Program-made: the position numbers and the translations under genes
The notes under the pieces: model-generated
The model's database searches: none
The model's input: the letters and a program-made list of their open reading frames with translations, nothing else
What the model was told of the DNA's origin: nothing
DNA from: Sphagnum compactum
Lineage: Eukaryota
Direction of reading: 5' to 3'
Assembly (NCBI GenBank): GCA_965153455.1
Contig: OZ234493.1
Span: 35,640,213 to 35,704,212, forward strand
DNA: 64,000 bases
In this document: piece after piece, positions 13,987-28,300 of the stretch
How positions within the stretch are numbered: position 1 is the first letter of the stretch
Layout: each line of letters begins with the position of its first letter

Positions 13987-14678
13987 CCTCTCCCCTAGAG
14001 TTGAGAGTGAGGCTGATGAACAAGAAGTACAAATAAGTGGAAGAAATTTAGGGTTTAAAACCCACAACTAGGGTTTAGGGTTTAGGTTTGAGGTTTAGGA
14101 CACTAAACACTTCACTAATCTGAGATACGGTGATTTGTGATTAGGGACTAATTCTCCAGTACTGCTTATAACTACCCTGGTTACAACAGCAGCTCATGGG
14201 GTGGGGTGGGGTGGGTGCCATGAGGCAGCTGCAGCTGCTATAGAGTCTAGACAATGGACATATATTAATTACAGACTGTATCCTGTGTAATATATATCCT
14301 CGTGAAGTTCTCTCACTTCTTCACTCACAGTCTTGCACTGATCAGCATTGCTTCTGTGATTCACACCACCTGGTAGTTGCCACTGTTTTGCTAGAGCTGC
14401 ACTGTATTGGAATTCTTGGAGGAGTTGCACTTGTAGCTTCTAGCTCTGCAGGTCTTTCTTGCTTCTCCTTTTTCAGTAGCTCCCCAAGCTGTGTTGCTCA
14501 ATTCTGTTTTGTTGAGTAGTTCTAGCTAGTTTTCTTTCATCATTGTATCTTTTGTGCTGACTGAAGCTCTCACGAGGCTAGTTGGTTTTGATCTGTAAGT
14601 GTGGCTGTTGTTGTTGTTGTAGGTGATCTGCATTGTCAGTACGTGGATTGTCACTGCTTCTGCTGCGAGTTGAGCAAG

Positions 14679-15257
14679 ATGGAGAAAGGAGCATTGCTGC
14701 TGTTTGTGGCTGTGGTCACGTTGGGCTGCATGACAATGGGAGCAGAGAGTCGTCCGCTGTCAAGGGGCTCTAAGAAGGATTTGTCCACCATCTTGGGATT
14801 TTTTAGTCCGTGGTGCTCACCTCCCCCGGCAGCTCCATACTACGCCCCAGCTCCAGAAAATTACATTCCTCCCTACTCTGCTCCTGCTCCAGAAGAGTAT
14901 TATCCGCCTCCATCTCCAGTATATTCTTCTCCATCTCCAGTATATTCTTCTCCATCTCCGGTGTATTCTTCTCCATCTCCCGTGTATTCTTCTCCTTCGC
15001 CAGTGTACTCTTCTCCTTCACCAGTGTATTCCTCTCCATCTCCAGTGTATTCATCTCCTTCCCCTACCTATTCCCCATCGCCTGTGTACTCATCACCATC
15101 TCCAGTATACTCTAGTCCATCACCAGTGTATTCTTCACCGTCCCCAGTTTACTCTTCGCCATCTCCGGTGTACTCATCTCCTTCCCCGGTTTACTCATCA
15201 CCAGCTTACTCCTCCCCCTCACCAGTCTACTCGTCTCCAGCACCCGGAGGCTACTGA
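14679..15257 (+). CDS. Secreted extensin-like hydroxyproline-rich glycoprotein (SPVYSSP repeats), 192 aa
   Basis: ATG 14679, hydrophobic signal peptide [27 protein letters not shown], then YAPAP motifs, 14 copies of SPVYSSP with diverse synonymous codons, and a C-terminal Tyr before TGA. Confidence 0.88.
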   Translation: MEKGALLLFVAVVTLGCMTMGAESRPLSRGSKKDLSTILGFFSPWCSPPPAAPYYAPAPENYIPPYSAPAPEEYYPPPSPVYSSPSPVYSSPSPVYSSPSPVYSSPSPVYSSPSPVYSSPSPVYSSPSPTYSPSPVYSSPSPVYSSPSPVYSSPSPVYSSPSPVYSSPSPVYSSPAYSSPSPVYSSPAPGGY

Positions 15258-16623
15258 CATCCTTAAGAAAGCGTTGTGCATCACAGCTTCTGAGGTTCAA
15301 GGTAGCGATTTTTACTTAAACTTTGTTTGTAAATAAATTTTTGGAAGCTGCTGAGTGTTGCCAAGGGGCACGAAATTCATCGCTAATAGCATTTGATAAA
15401 TGGGGATGCAGTTATATAATTGAAATGTGCATTGTGGGTGTTGATATAGAGTTTCCAATTGCAGATCAGCTGCAACATCATGCAGCTTTCAAGTTGACTC
15501 AGAGCTAACAACATTCAGTTTCTTTCTTGCATTGTGGCCACATTGGGTTTCAGATTGTGAATGCGGGTGAGAGAAGCTGGTGGTGGTTGTGATTTTCATG
15601 CAGAGATGTGATCTATTACGGCGAGTTGCGGATTGTATTACCCAAGGAGATGGTAGAAGTATATCTCTTCCAGCCGCAGCTAGCTAGGAGGGAATGCAGG
15701 AACTAAGGTTTTTTCTCAAAATAATCATGCACTGATGGATGGTTGTCTAGCATACAAGGATTGAAGCTGATTGCCATCATCATCTGTCTATCTGTTTAGC
15801 AGCTTGCAATAGCACTAGCCTTTTTTCTCTTGTTGCAACATTCTTGGGTACATGAGTTTTGATTAACTGTGTCTCTAGTAATAAGAAGGCGGAAACAATC
15901 AAAATCAGCTCTTCTAGTATATCATGAAAGCAAGGTTTAAATTTCGAAGCAACTGTGTATTCTGACTTATGACTGAACGCAATGAAAAAACTCGCACCCA
16001 AGTACTATTTCTGTTATTTCTCAAATTCCTCTTTGTCAGTTCGTGAGCAACTTAACTACTATTGTTGAAACTGCTTGTGCTGTATGCAAATCACACATTC
16101 ACCATCCACCACAGTAGTACAATGTCAAGCAGCACAGCTTTAACACATGTCTGTCGAATCATTAACGAACTTTAGAAATGCCCTGCTGAAAAGTGGAATA
16201 TTCCCAAAAGAACCCTGTATATTCTTTCATTTTCCTTCACAAAATCTTGAATTTTTTTTTTTCATTCTTTCTACAAGTAAATTTAATTTTAGAATTAACG
16301 AGCCTAATAGCATACAATAGTTTCCAAAGCGTTGGGTCGATTCTAACATTTGCTCAAAGTGGGTAGTCCCCTGATACCTTGAAGGTTAATCGCAAAAATG
16401 TACTGAAACATACCCTACCATGCACTGAGTAATGTTTTAATGTCAACATACATCTGCTTCTTATCCATCCAAATAGAATCTATTAAGCTTCTAAGCCATC
16501 CAAACAAAACCATTTAAGAAATCTTGGAAACTATCTGTGGTTGTGAATTAGCGTGTGTACCTCAAGATTATTTTATCAAACAGACAAACTTGAATGAATA
16601 TGGGTGACTTTCATAATTTATCA

Positions 16624-16808
16624 TAATGTTTCAGCATAATCTCTTTGACCTACAAAACCAATATATACTTAACTAGCCGCAAGACTAAAATAGAAGAGTG
16701 TAAGTGGGTGTAATTTTATAGTTCATCTTAATGTTTCAGCAAAATCTCTTTGACCTACAAAACCAATATATGCTTAACGAGCCGCAATACTAAAATAGAA
16801 GAGTGTAA
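16624..16808. repeat. Direct repeat of ~80 bp with a 105-bp period
   Basis: TAATGTTTCAGCA.AATCTCTTTGACCTACAAAACCAATATAT..TAAAATAGAAGAGTGTAA occurs at 16624 and 16729. Confidence 0.8.
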
Positions 16809-19800
16809 ACGTAGAGGATAAAAGAAGAGAAATGAATATGAGTTGTCTTACAATATCCTTCACAATACATATGTAACGCAATTGCTTCATATAATGCTTT
16901 ACATTTACAAGGTTATAATAAGACAATGATGTTGGTTGGACAAGAGATGATTGTATGCACCTATATTACGGATCTTTACACCACTCTGATATTTATACCC
17001 TACCTTCATAGTAATTTTGCTGTCCCTGTGCGAACAAACTTGGTACCTTTTACCCTCATGTATGATCACTGCGACAGACACCCGCTTGATTCTTTACCCA
17101 CATTGTTCAACCAGTTAGTCAAATTTATAATAGAAAAAACATTTCTATTAAAAATGTCGTCAACAAAATTGACAATTTGTTGAAAACAACCAACCAGACC
17201 CTTAGTGGCTAGCACAGATGTCATTTGTATGAGAAACAGCACAATTGCTTATGTCCAATCAGGACTATCCAGCAGCAATGATACAATTGTAAACTTAATG
17301 CTATAATCATTTTCTAGGGTTTAGAGTATGAACAGGTATTTAGAATACATGTAAGACTAGAGTAAAGTATATGTATCTAGATTGAAACTGTTAATACTTC
17401 AATGGTGAAAGAAACTTCCAGCTAATATTTTTAACAGCCCCTAAAAGTAATGAAAGTTGTACAAGTTAACCTCTGACAACCTTGTGTGCCCTTGACAAGC
17501 TGTAATAAGTTTGTACTACTGACCTTGATACTGTAATACTTTCCCCTTTAAAGCTGACATTATGGATATTAATAGGGATGGAAGTCCCAACCTCCTCCCC
17601 ACATGACAAATAAAAATTTCTCAAATCCAAAAAAGACATTTGTAATGGTAAATATCCTAATATTTGTAAATATAACATCAAGAACTCAGCTTGCCGAGAC
17701 ACAAATACATTCAAACTTCACCTAAGTTTTTTTCTCGACTTGCAAGATGTACCCATTCAGGACCAAATTTGAGCTCTCCACAAGAGCAAGTGATGATTTT
17801 CTAGGTTCAAGCAAAATGAGGCAGAAAACACACTTGGGGACAATTTTCCTCAAATATCAGCAGGAAATGATGTATATACACTATAACTCTATAATCCTTT
17901 TTCGTGTTCTTGTTTGTCTGGTAGTAGACTGTACAAATTGATGTACTTTGTTTGCTTCGCACCTGCAATATGTGGGAAATCATGTGACCCAGCGCACACC
18001 CGCTAGTGATGCAACATCTACCCGATGCAACATCCATTGGAAACCCATTATCACTCACTCCCTTAGGGATGCTCTTGAAATTGGATTGATATGTGCAACA
18101 ATATGCACATTACCAATTAGAAAAATCTGTGAAATTTACAGTACCCAAAAAAATAAAAAAACTCCCAAATTTTTTGTCAGAAAAATGACAAATTTTTTGA
18201 ATTTTTTTTTTTCCTGTCCAAGGTGGATTGTTGTTATTTCTGCAGTGTCACCCAAAAACATGCAAAAGCAAGATGAGTTGGCTAGACTTAGGTTAATGCA
18301 CATAACTGGAGAGAGTGCACATAATGCATGCATGCATGTGACTTTTGTTGTATGTGAGTAAGTATTGATCAGTGCATTTATGGAATAATGGATGGTGTTT
18401 CAAACTAACCTTACATTTATGTTAATTTATGGCTGGTTCTACCTTCTGCTTCATAGGCTTGAATCCTTGGTTATTTTGGGGAATTCTTTTTTAGTTGTTC
18501 TTGAGGTGTGGGTTGAAAGTGCAAGTGGAGATACCTGAGAAAGAAATGGGAGTTTGGGAGGTGTAAGATCCCTCCCACTCTGAAGGACTAGGTGTAAGAA
18601 CCGTCCTGAGTGTCCTACATCCATTTAGATTCATCATAACATTCGTCTTGTGATTTATGATGGGTTAAGTCCCCATAGGTAGGGCACATTTGAAAAATGT
18701 GAGTTTGTATTTGACAAACACTTCAACGTTCATTGTCGGTCTCTTATTTTGGGTATGCCCCTACCCTAGGTCCTAGTAATAAGTCTAACACCTGAATATT
18801 TTTTAAAAAATAAACAAGACTTTTATGAGTTGAGTATTGGATTTCCAAAATTTAATAATCTACTTGAATTTTTGAAATTATTCACAAAGGAAATCAATCT
18901 AATGATGCAGTTGTATGATAGAGGTCTAAAATGGCTTGACTTGACCATTTATGTACAGTAAAGTAGTGCACCTCATTAACTAGTTGCCCCCAAAAAAATC
19001 TTTTGGAAGAGAAATGGCCCAATTTTAGTTTTTTAACCTTGACTCAGAAGCAAATTAGTTTTAACCTAGAAAATAACATTACATATCAACGTAGCAATAA
19101 ATACTAGGGTTAGTTTGACAAGTCTGATTTGCATATGTAATCGTGTAATCACTTGTGTCACATGGGTGTTACCTATGACTATATATAAATTCATATGAAT
19201 GTAATGATAAATCCGTGTTTTGAATCAAATTTTCATGTGTCGGTTCTTTTTTCCTTTTGATTTCAATCATGTCATATGTGCCCTATTTAATAAGTATGTA
19301 ACTTAGGACACATGTTCCTATGCACTATTAGTGACAATCAACTAGAAAACAAATCTAAAAAGAGAACTTTTGATGCTTTTTACTTGAGAATGAGCTAAAG
19401 CAACTCTACTTCAAGACTGCCCAAGTGACATCTTATGATTTATGAAACTTAAAGGTATCTCACTTAACAATTGCCAAAAGATATAAGGCTTTCACAATGT
19501 GCTTTGTTAACTACTTTCACAATAGGGAATTGAATCCTTATCTTCACAATTAAAATCAAGTCCTTAACCAAGCCACCACACTTTCAACTAATGACAAATA
19601 AAAAACATGTTCACTCAAATCCTAACTAGACTTTGACAAGCATCCTATCATATCTTCAAATAATTTAGTAATTTAATCATTTTCCAAAATCCTTCAAAGA
19701 AAATATGCATTGAATCAAACATAATTTACCAAAATTTCAAATCATTAGTGAGGTTTTTTGGGATTCAATTGCATTTCACAATTTAATTTAGAATAATTCC

Positions 19801-20449
19801 TTCAAATCATGTTTTGTAATTTTCGTAATATGCCTTTTATGAGACCAAGAATTTTTTTGAAAAAATTTATGGAATGAAATTCTCAAAGGTAATAATTCAT
19901 GATGTGATTTTAAACATGCATAAAGAAGTATTGATATCTGAAAGATGTTAATAATTCTATATTGTTTTTAAAAAAGTTTAAAAATTAACATTAATATATT
20001 GAAAGGTCATGATTCATCAAAACTACACAATGTCCAATTTGGATTAAATTTACATTTAATGAAATAAAAACCTAAAGTAGAGGTTTATCAAATTTTTGAG
20101 GACACTAATAGAAAAAAAGTAAAAAATATGTGAGTAAAAATAAAAGGTGCAATATATTGGTTGTTGAATAAAATTATAAGTTAATTAGTTAAAAAATAGA
20201 GTACATTTTATTCAAATAATTAATTTAATTATAATATAAGGTATGTAATAAATTTAAATAATGAATTATAATTAATAGAGGGTGACTTTAATATGTATAT
20301 ATTAGAAAATTAAATAATAATAATATGATAAAAAAAGGTTGGACAATTATTTAATACCCTCTTCAAAATGGTCGATTAACACATGTAGATCCCAAATTGT
20401 ACATTAAGTGTGCCCTAAGACCAAATTACATATTCATATTATTGGTAAT

Positions 20450-21030
20450 GCAATGTAATCAAACAAATGTTCATTTGGTGCAAGGAAGGTCACAATTTTG
20501 GAATATGTTGTACCTAAGGGGGGGTGTAGCACTTGATCTTGAAAAAATTCTATTACACATGATTCTTGTATGTTAAGTGATATGGCTTCAAAAAGTATAC
20601 AATACAACTTTATATGTGGATATATGATGGGTGTTGTACAACAATCTAATTTGACAAAGGACATTATATTCGTTTGGACACCTAAAGAGTCAAGAGGATC
20701 TTATAAGATTTGATTTTCTCCTATTCACATTGAGCTTTGACAAATCACAATCCTTTACACCTCATGTGAGTTGGCAATACGTTAATTTATTACAACAAGG
20801 GACCTTAATTGCCATGATTGTTATGCTTTGAAGTGAAGGATCATGCATTTGGGTACTACTATTGTATTGAATTCATACTGCAAACAAGTCATGAAGCTTT
20901 TGGAGTGGTTAGTCATATTGTTCAATGGCCCAAAGAGGAGGAGGTGGATAGACATGTTGGAGAATTATTGTTTCAAGATTATCCATCGCCCTAAGAATAA
21001 ACATGTCAATGTAATGCACTTAGTAAAAAT
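20450..21030 (+). mobile_element. Decayed Ty3/gypsy RT-RNase H relic
   Basis: KCSFG..ILEYVV (end of RT) and KLLEWL..RRRWIDMLENYCFKIIHRPKNKHVN (end of RNase H), with many stops and frameshifts. Confidence 0.6.
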
Positions 21031-22349
21031 CTTGTTGGAGAAACAAACGATTCCATTGATGTTTTGGGTAATGATCTTGAACTTGTTGTTGAAAATCATT
21101 ATGCAAAACATAAGTTGACATTTGACATTAGGGCCACTACTTAAGACAAAGAAAGAGAACAATTACATTTTGCTAGCAATCATTAAATACAAGTAGTTGC
21201 AGACCTTTAGTATGGAAAATGCTGCAAGTAATTGGAAGATGAGGTTCAATATCTCAATTGGGATTGGAGTCTACTCAAATTAAACAATGGAACTAAAAGC
21301 TTGCAAATTGACAAGTTGTGTACAGCAATTGGATAAGACATAAATGCATTGCAAAAACATGGCCAATGGTGTAAAGGATGATTGAAACCATTGAAGAAGC
21401 TTGACTCTTGTGGTAGGGCAATCCAAGTTCAAGAACATACCATGCATATGACTAACAATTGGAAGATTTTGCCAAAATATTTAGATTTCTCCAAAAAGCA
21501 GGCGAAGTCAATTTTTTCATTCTTTTCTGATTCACCCACTGAAGAGTTATCCAATGGCAAACATCAGTTGCAAGTACACTATAAGATACAATTAATATAT
21601 TTTGTTTTTGTGTGTGCAAGCAAACACCAAATCTCTTTTGTGAGTGGTACTTACAACTAGGTCACTAAGGTTCACAATTGATAACAAATTGGCTAGTCTG
21701 TGTGAAGAAGAGGACAAGTTGAAATGAACAAAAGGACATTAACATGATGAAAAAGCTGAAAAGTCATGGCGCAATACAAGTGAAGGTGTCCAAATGTTGG
21801 AGTACAAGAATGTCAACACGAGTATTCCATGAACAAAAGGAATTTACAAATATCTAGTGCAATGGAATCATGAATGCACAAACCTAAAAAGAAGAGAGCA
21901 TTGGAGAGAAGTTGGGGATGACCAAACTTAATAATTTGGTATAAACATGGTGAAGGGAAGAATTTTTTTGACAAAGGGTTATGGGTTCAAGTCATCCTCA
22001 GGAGTTACTAGAGTTCCATGAAGTGTGATGGATTTAGTAAGGTTTGTGAAGGTGCAAAATGCATGCCACATGCAGGGTTGAATTTTGGTCGTAATTGAAA
22101 AATAAAAATATCAATTAGTACCAAAGAAGGAAGAAAAAAATTGATGAAGATCCAGGCAATACAACAACAGTTCAGTAGACATCAACATCGGCAAAGCATA
22201 GCAAACATGGACAAGGAGCAAAGACAGTGTAGCAGTACCTGAACAGAAGACCATGTAGTGATCAAGTTGTTGCTTTTGTCCACGCATCAGAGAAGATCTG
22301 GCTTGGGGAAAGAGAAAAACAAACAATGGGTAGCTGGAGGATTTTTTTT

Positions 22350-25300
22350 TTATGCAGCATGGGCTACAGAGGTTGGTTGAAAGCTGGAACGGCATTGCTC
22401 TTCAAATTGCTGGTACTCCAACTCTGCTTGATCATCCCATGTGCAAGTCTTGAAAAATTGCTCCTCCCTTTCCTGCCAAATCAAAAAGTTTGTCGTCAAT
22501 TTTCCATGTCTTTTATGATGTTGAATATGGTTGCAAATTGAAGGATTCAAAAAATTAATAGGCTATTCAAGGTGTTTGTTTTAAACCTTTTCTGCTGATT
22601 TCACAGCTTCACGCTTTGCTATTTCAGCACCGCGTCCTTTTGCCCTTGTTTCTACATCAACTACCCATGCCTGCTGTCTCAAAAAGAAATTCTTCATGGC
22701 TGGCTTCTGTAAAATCCCAACCATATATGGACAAAACCTGGATCTGTTATAAGATGCACAAATTAAACACTATGCACAAAGGATCATCACTGATGTGAAA
22801 ACCAACCCTAAATCCTCAACCATTACCACTGACCCATTGACGGGCACTATGACCAACGCATGGATGATCAAACCTACACTTAGAAGGGATCATAAATGTG
22901 TGTTGTTGGCAACATCAAATAATTTTCTTGAGTGCAATTTGGTACTCAGAAAACATTTTGTCTAGGCTACTAAACATGTTGCAATTGATGAACACAGATA
23001 ATTTTGGTACTTCCTATCTCTGCATGTCTGTGTGATACATGAGTTTTTCAGGTGCTTTGTAGATTCCCCGCTGAGCTCAAGAGAATTTACTTTCAATGGA
23101 GAGCAAGCAGCAGATATGTCTTTCAAACCTCTTTGTAGGATGCTCGACGTAGAATTCTGGGGATTTCCATGATATGCAGGATGCCCTGTATGTCTCCGAC
23201 TGCTAGGAATTGGGGCGCTACCACCACATCACACAACATGGAAAACATCCACAATTAGGATGTGAACTGTGTCAATGAACTCTTAGATTACAAATCAATG
23301 CTCAACAACATCGCCTCAGGTACTATGATCCCTCTTGCATTGAAACAAGAAAGTATTAGACTCAAAGGTGAAGGTGCATATCAATGGGATCCATGTGTGC
23401 CTTAGAAGTCAAAGGCTTACAACAGTGGCTGCAAAGGCTTACTTGACAATTTCCAAAATTCCATGGATGTGAGTTGGCAGGAGCTAACAAGTGCTGTCAT
23501 TGATGGTTGGTGACTCTGGTCCAGCAAATCCCAGACTTCAATTGTTCCATCAATTAGCCCTATGTAAATAACTGCTGGTCGTGTTGGGCTCCAGCATCCA
23601 GTTGTCAAGTAACCTTCTGATGACCTTGATACATACATTGGTTTCTGCACAGTGATAAGCTGAACATGTTTATTTCCAGTTTCATGCCTGGTGGCTAGAC
23701 ATGAGCTCCATGGATTACAAATAGAGTTACTCTCATGATCTGTATAAGACATGAATGTCAATATTATGCTGCGTTTCAAACTAGAAAGGCTAAGTCCAGA
23801 GAGATTATTCTAGATGGGAACAAAGGAATTTAAACCTCAATGCCATCTCTCCAGAGCGCAAATGTCCATATGCCGACCGAAAGAATTACATTGTCAAAGA
23901 AAGGAGAGCGGAGGAGCACCCGCACGGGTCCCTGATGAACAGCTGTTATTCCTGTCACATTTGCTGCACCAGTTGGCATGTTCAGATCCACCTCCATTAC
24001 CTGCCCAAACTGTGGAACAAAAAAAATTACCTTAGTGAAGTTAGAGCTTCAGTAGTCCAGGTGCTTCCACTAGCCAATCATCTGATAGGACATTGATGTG
24101 TTGATGGGCAGTGAAAATATAATAAATCACTGACCTCTGTGCTACAATAGTAGGTTGTGCCCTTGAATCCCCGTGCCATTTTAAGAGGACCCACTTGTCG
24201 AGCAGGAGTTTCAGATTTCACGTCTATTTTGTAAAGAGGAGTCCATGCATATTTCTTCTCCTCAAAGGCAGCATATTTCCTCTCATCTGACCAAGATTCA
24301 TCAAGCTCCGGCTCATCCTTTTTGGTGACGTCCCAGAATGTGATCTATGCATTTCAGCAAGTTTGCTATGTTATACCACATTTTGAGTCACGGGCTTATA
24401 ATTCAAAAAATAAAAAGAAAAACCTCAAAATCACAAGCTTCTGTGGATGTGACATATTTTCTTCTATGGTGGGTGAATCTGATGATAAGAGAGGCTTTTT
24501 TCAAAAAATTGCTTACTGTTCCATCCACAGAGACAGATGCTATTAGGTTGGTCTCACCATTATTTTGAGCTCCTTCCACACCAAGCTGCAAAGAAAATAG
24601 ATAAAAACTGAAGGCTTGCAAAGTTTCATTTTATAAGAGATCACAAGAGAAAAGGATGTACTCTTTGTACTTTGAACAACTGTCGAATCATCGTAGAATT
24701 GTATGTATCAATTCCTCAACAATTTGTTGTTCCATTCTTCACACAAGAAAGCCTATTTTATTGACCACATGTATAAATCACAGTACTAGTTACATTTATG
24801 TACAGGAAGGATTGAAACACTTGAAATTTAAGAATTGGGTCCTTAGGTATGATATCAGTTATACCTGAAAATCCTTGGGGAGCCAGTGAATGTCAGAGAC
24901 AATTGCCTTGTGTGATGTCTTCATGGTGCTCAAAAGTGCGAACAAAACTACTGGTGTCATCGTCACTGATTTTTTTTTCTCCTTGTCTTCTGAGCTCTCC
25001 TCTGCCTCTCGCCTGTCTTTCCTGTCTTGTTTTTCCTGGGCTTTTGTGATATCCCACAATATCACCTGCATGCATGCTGGTAACGAAGTTTTCAATGAAT
25101 GGGTACAACACATGCGAAAAACTCTTCTCCACTCAATTGCACATAGTTGAAACATGAATACTAGACTTCTTGAATGGTGTTGTGAACTAGACTTGTTGAA
25201 GCTTGGGAGATATAATAGTAAGAGGCTTGGTGACAAGAAGGGGGTAACTGTGTTTCATACCTGGCCATTGTAGCAACCACCTGCAATGAGGTGTGGTTTC

Positions 25301-28300
25301 ACAGGGTTGAATCGTAAACTGAAAATGTCTGATGAGCTTTCTAATACCATCTGTCAAGCAAATTTCAAAAGCACAACTGAGAAAAGAAACTTGAGAGCTC
25401 CACAAGCTAGAGTATTTATGTTACACTTGTGAAAACTTATAAATGTCCCAGTGCACACAAATTTACCTCTTAGAACTGACAGGAGAAAAGAGAAATTGTG
25501 ATGATGAGAGAATTATTACCCAAGGATGGATTGGATCCTGGAAGGTCCACAGAAGAACATGTGAACTACATGGCCTTCCAGCCACCTGCACTCTTTCATC
25601 AAATGAACTTGAGGCAGAGACAGCTGCTGCAACAATCCCCCGTTTTCCAGGCATCCAATCAATTGCTGACACCATTTTACTCTTCCCATAATTGAGGTCC
25701 ATGAAGGATTGGAACTCCTGCAATAAGAGACCAAAAAAAAGAGAAAATAATTGTCTTTGGGATAATTGACAAATCAATCTGGTAATATCCAATTACTGGG
25801 TTTTTTGCTATCTCTGATTCATAGTGAATTTTGATTGTAGCAATTATACAGCTGTGATACATGACTAGGGGGAACAAATTTACAGAGACAGAGGTAATAG
25901 CATGATCTCCATGTTGGTAATCATCATCCACAAAGCTTGAAAAGTCATCCTCACACAGATCAAATAACTCGTTTTGTTGCAAAGCATCCACATATCTAAA
26001 GCCAACAACACCCATGACAGTTTCTGTCTCAACTTCCACATGTCCACCAGATCATATATTGCATATCTCGTACTGACGATGCATGCCATGTAAAATGGAG
26101 GGATTTTGGGAGTATATTTGATGAGGAGATAGACTTGGTCTAACCCAAAAACTATGGTTTTGAGCTATAGTTGGTTGAAACATGGAAAGAAAAAGAATTT
26201 ACTGGTCAGAATGAGTAGTACTTGGGTTTGGTGGCTGTGAGAAAATCACCCATTTCGTTGGAGCTCAGAACTGCTTTTGCTTCAGGAATTTCCATTGTGC
26301 GGGGCATGTATTGCACTTGATTGTTCCGATGGACCTTTCTGTAACACATGCCAGGAAACCCCCAAAAAGTCATCATTTCATCTCACAATGTTAAGCATCC
26401 CAGAATGAATGCTTAATTAAGCCTTGAAATCAATCATGAAACCTAGACCAATTGATTCCAGATCAGCTGCTAGATTCTGTTTGTCTGAGACAATATCTAG
26501 GCTTGGTTTTCCCATCCATACAGAGAAATCTTTGAAATTTACTTTGAAAATTATTTCATGCTCATGAGTGTTGAGATTTAACTTGACAAAAAGGTGCATT
26601 GGCAATTCCGCAGGATGTAATGCCATATAAGCAAGTCTATATAGGTTCTGCTGCATCTTAACTGGACAGTTTGGGCAGCAGTGTCTTTGGTGTCAGGAAT
26701 GGCTTGTGATGCTGTGTCTTGCTCAAGCATGTACTTATCAAAAGATGGGTCTTTAAAAGGCCGACACTCCATCTGGCTGCTGCTCCATGTTTCCTATTGG
26801 ATTCACCCAAGCTCCCTCAACATTTCACTCATGTAACCAACCAACTCAGAGCTTCATTCAGTTTGATAACACACTAATTTGCATAAATCAGATTTGGACC
26901 TTGGGAAAAAACATGCTGGTTCTGGGGTTGGATAATGAATCAAATATCTTTCATGAGAATAGAGAAATCTCCGTTCTCACGATGAAGAAGAAACAGCAAG
27001 GCTAACACTTCCTCAGGAAGCCACAGAAAGAACCAAACAAGGGAAGACAAGAAACAAAACACAAAACACTCACACCGGTAAGAACAAAAGTGCCAGTCTC
27101 ACACCTGTTCAGGGACCATCAACAGTAGTATGTATGATAGTGACTTAACTATCACAACTTCCCCACTGACTTCATCAGCTCCCTACAGTGGGTAAAGGCC
27201 GGTGACAAGCACCATCCTGCGAACTGAGTTTCTGCTGCAATTCGGAAGCAACGGGAAGACTCAGCCATACTACTGGCTAGCAACAGACACCACAACAAAG
27301 ACCAGACAAAGAAACAAAGAAAGACAGAAAGGGAAAGGACAGGGAAAGACAAAGAACAAGTGGGCTTACAGAAAGCTCCCCACTTACATGACCCGAAGCA
27401 AAATCATTCTGAAAATGCCAAAAGCTGAAATTCCAAAGAGGAATTTTTCTTTAAGAACCAACCCTCTAGTTCTCTTTAGAAGAACTTTAAAAGGGTAGCC
27501 TTTTGCCTTCAGAAAGACAATAAGACTGACCATCTGGAAGACAAAAAACTTCTTACAACTACAAAGTCTCAAGAACCTGTAAAATTGACTATTGATAACC
27601 CCGAGCTTCGCAGTCATTGAGATATTGGAATGAACGTGTGGCATTCTAATCATTTCAATACCTGCATACTCTGGTTGAGAGCGTTTATCAAAAATGTCAC
27701 AGGATAAACCTTGAGGACTCTGGCTCACAGTTAGATCCAAGAAATTACAAGAGAAGCCTTTAGATGTACAATTCAACTCGCAAGAGGTTTTTGGGTATAT
27801 GCCGCCACCAAAAGAGTCTTGGTTAAGGTACATGAAGTTCTCAAAATCTGGAAAATCTGGAACAAAAAGATCATCCACAAACCTACGAACCAAGGACAAA
27901 CTATGAAGCACAACAGGACATGTGTTACTCTTCAAGAGACGCTTAATGAAATCAAACTCATAGGTGAAGAGATAGAAATTAGCCAAATAGACCGCACAAT
28001 TTGTACCCATGGGGATACCAATGCATTGTCTATAAACACCCTGGCCAAAACAAAGAAACAAATTGTCTAATAAGAAATCCAGCCAAGAGATCAAATCTGA
28101 AGCCTCTGCAACTTTGAAGCTATGAAGATTTTCAAACAAATTGATCTCTGCTTTATTTTTCAGCCACAAAAACCTAAAGTTCAAAGCTGTTTTTTGAACC
28201 AACAAAAACTTAAAACGATGAAGCTTCAGCATCCGATTAAACACTTTATTTATCAGAACTCTCATACGAGCTTTTAGATCCACTAGGTCAATTTTAGTGT

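Noticed and set aside
14803-15300. Antisense and alternate-frame ORFs over the extensin-like repeats (also 34337-34786 and 34411-34764)
   Set aside because: Shadows of the repetitive Ser/Pro/Tyr coding strand.
26222-26338. Apparent frameshift in a WDR63 exon
   Set aside because: Re-reading the reverse complement gives GAA ATG GGT GAT TTT (EMGDF), which is in frame with the next exon, so the gene is not disrupted here.
27150-27235. Canonical hammerhead ribozyme around CUGAUGA (minus strand, 27178-27172)
   Set aside because: No stem II followed by GAAA downstream. The only nearby GAAAC lies upstream inside another stem, and I could not build stems I and III with an NUH cleavage site.
27155-27266. 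HDV-like ribozyme (P1 GGCUGAG/CUCAGUU, P2 CUUCCC/GGGAAG)
   Set aside because: The segment between P2 and P1' is 24 nt rather than the ~13 nt of P3/L3, and there is no GG for P1.1. A simple long hairpin explains it better.
27005-27383. SECIS element, as in selenoprotein-encoding Naiads
   Set aside because: The RT ORF has no in-frame UGA and land plants lack the selenocysteine machinery.
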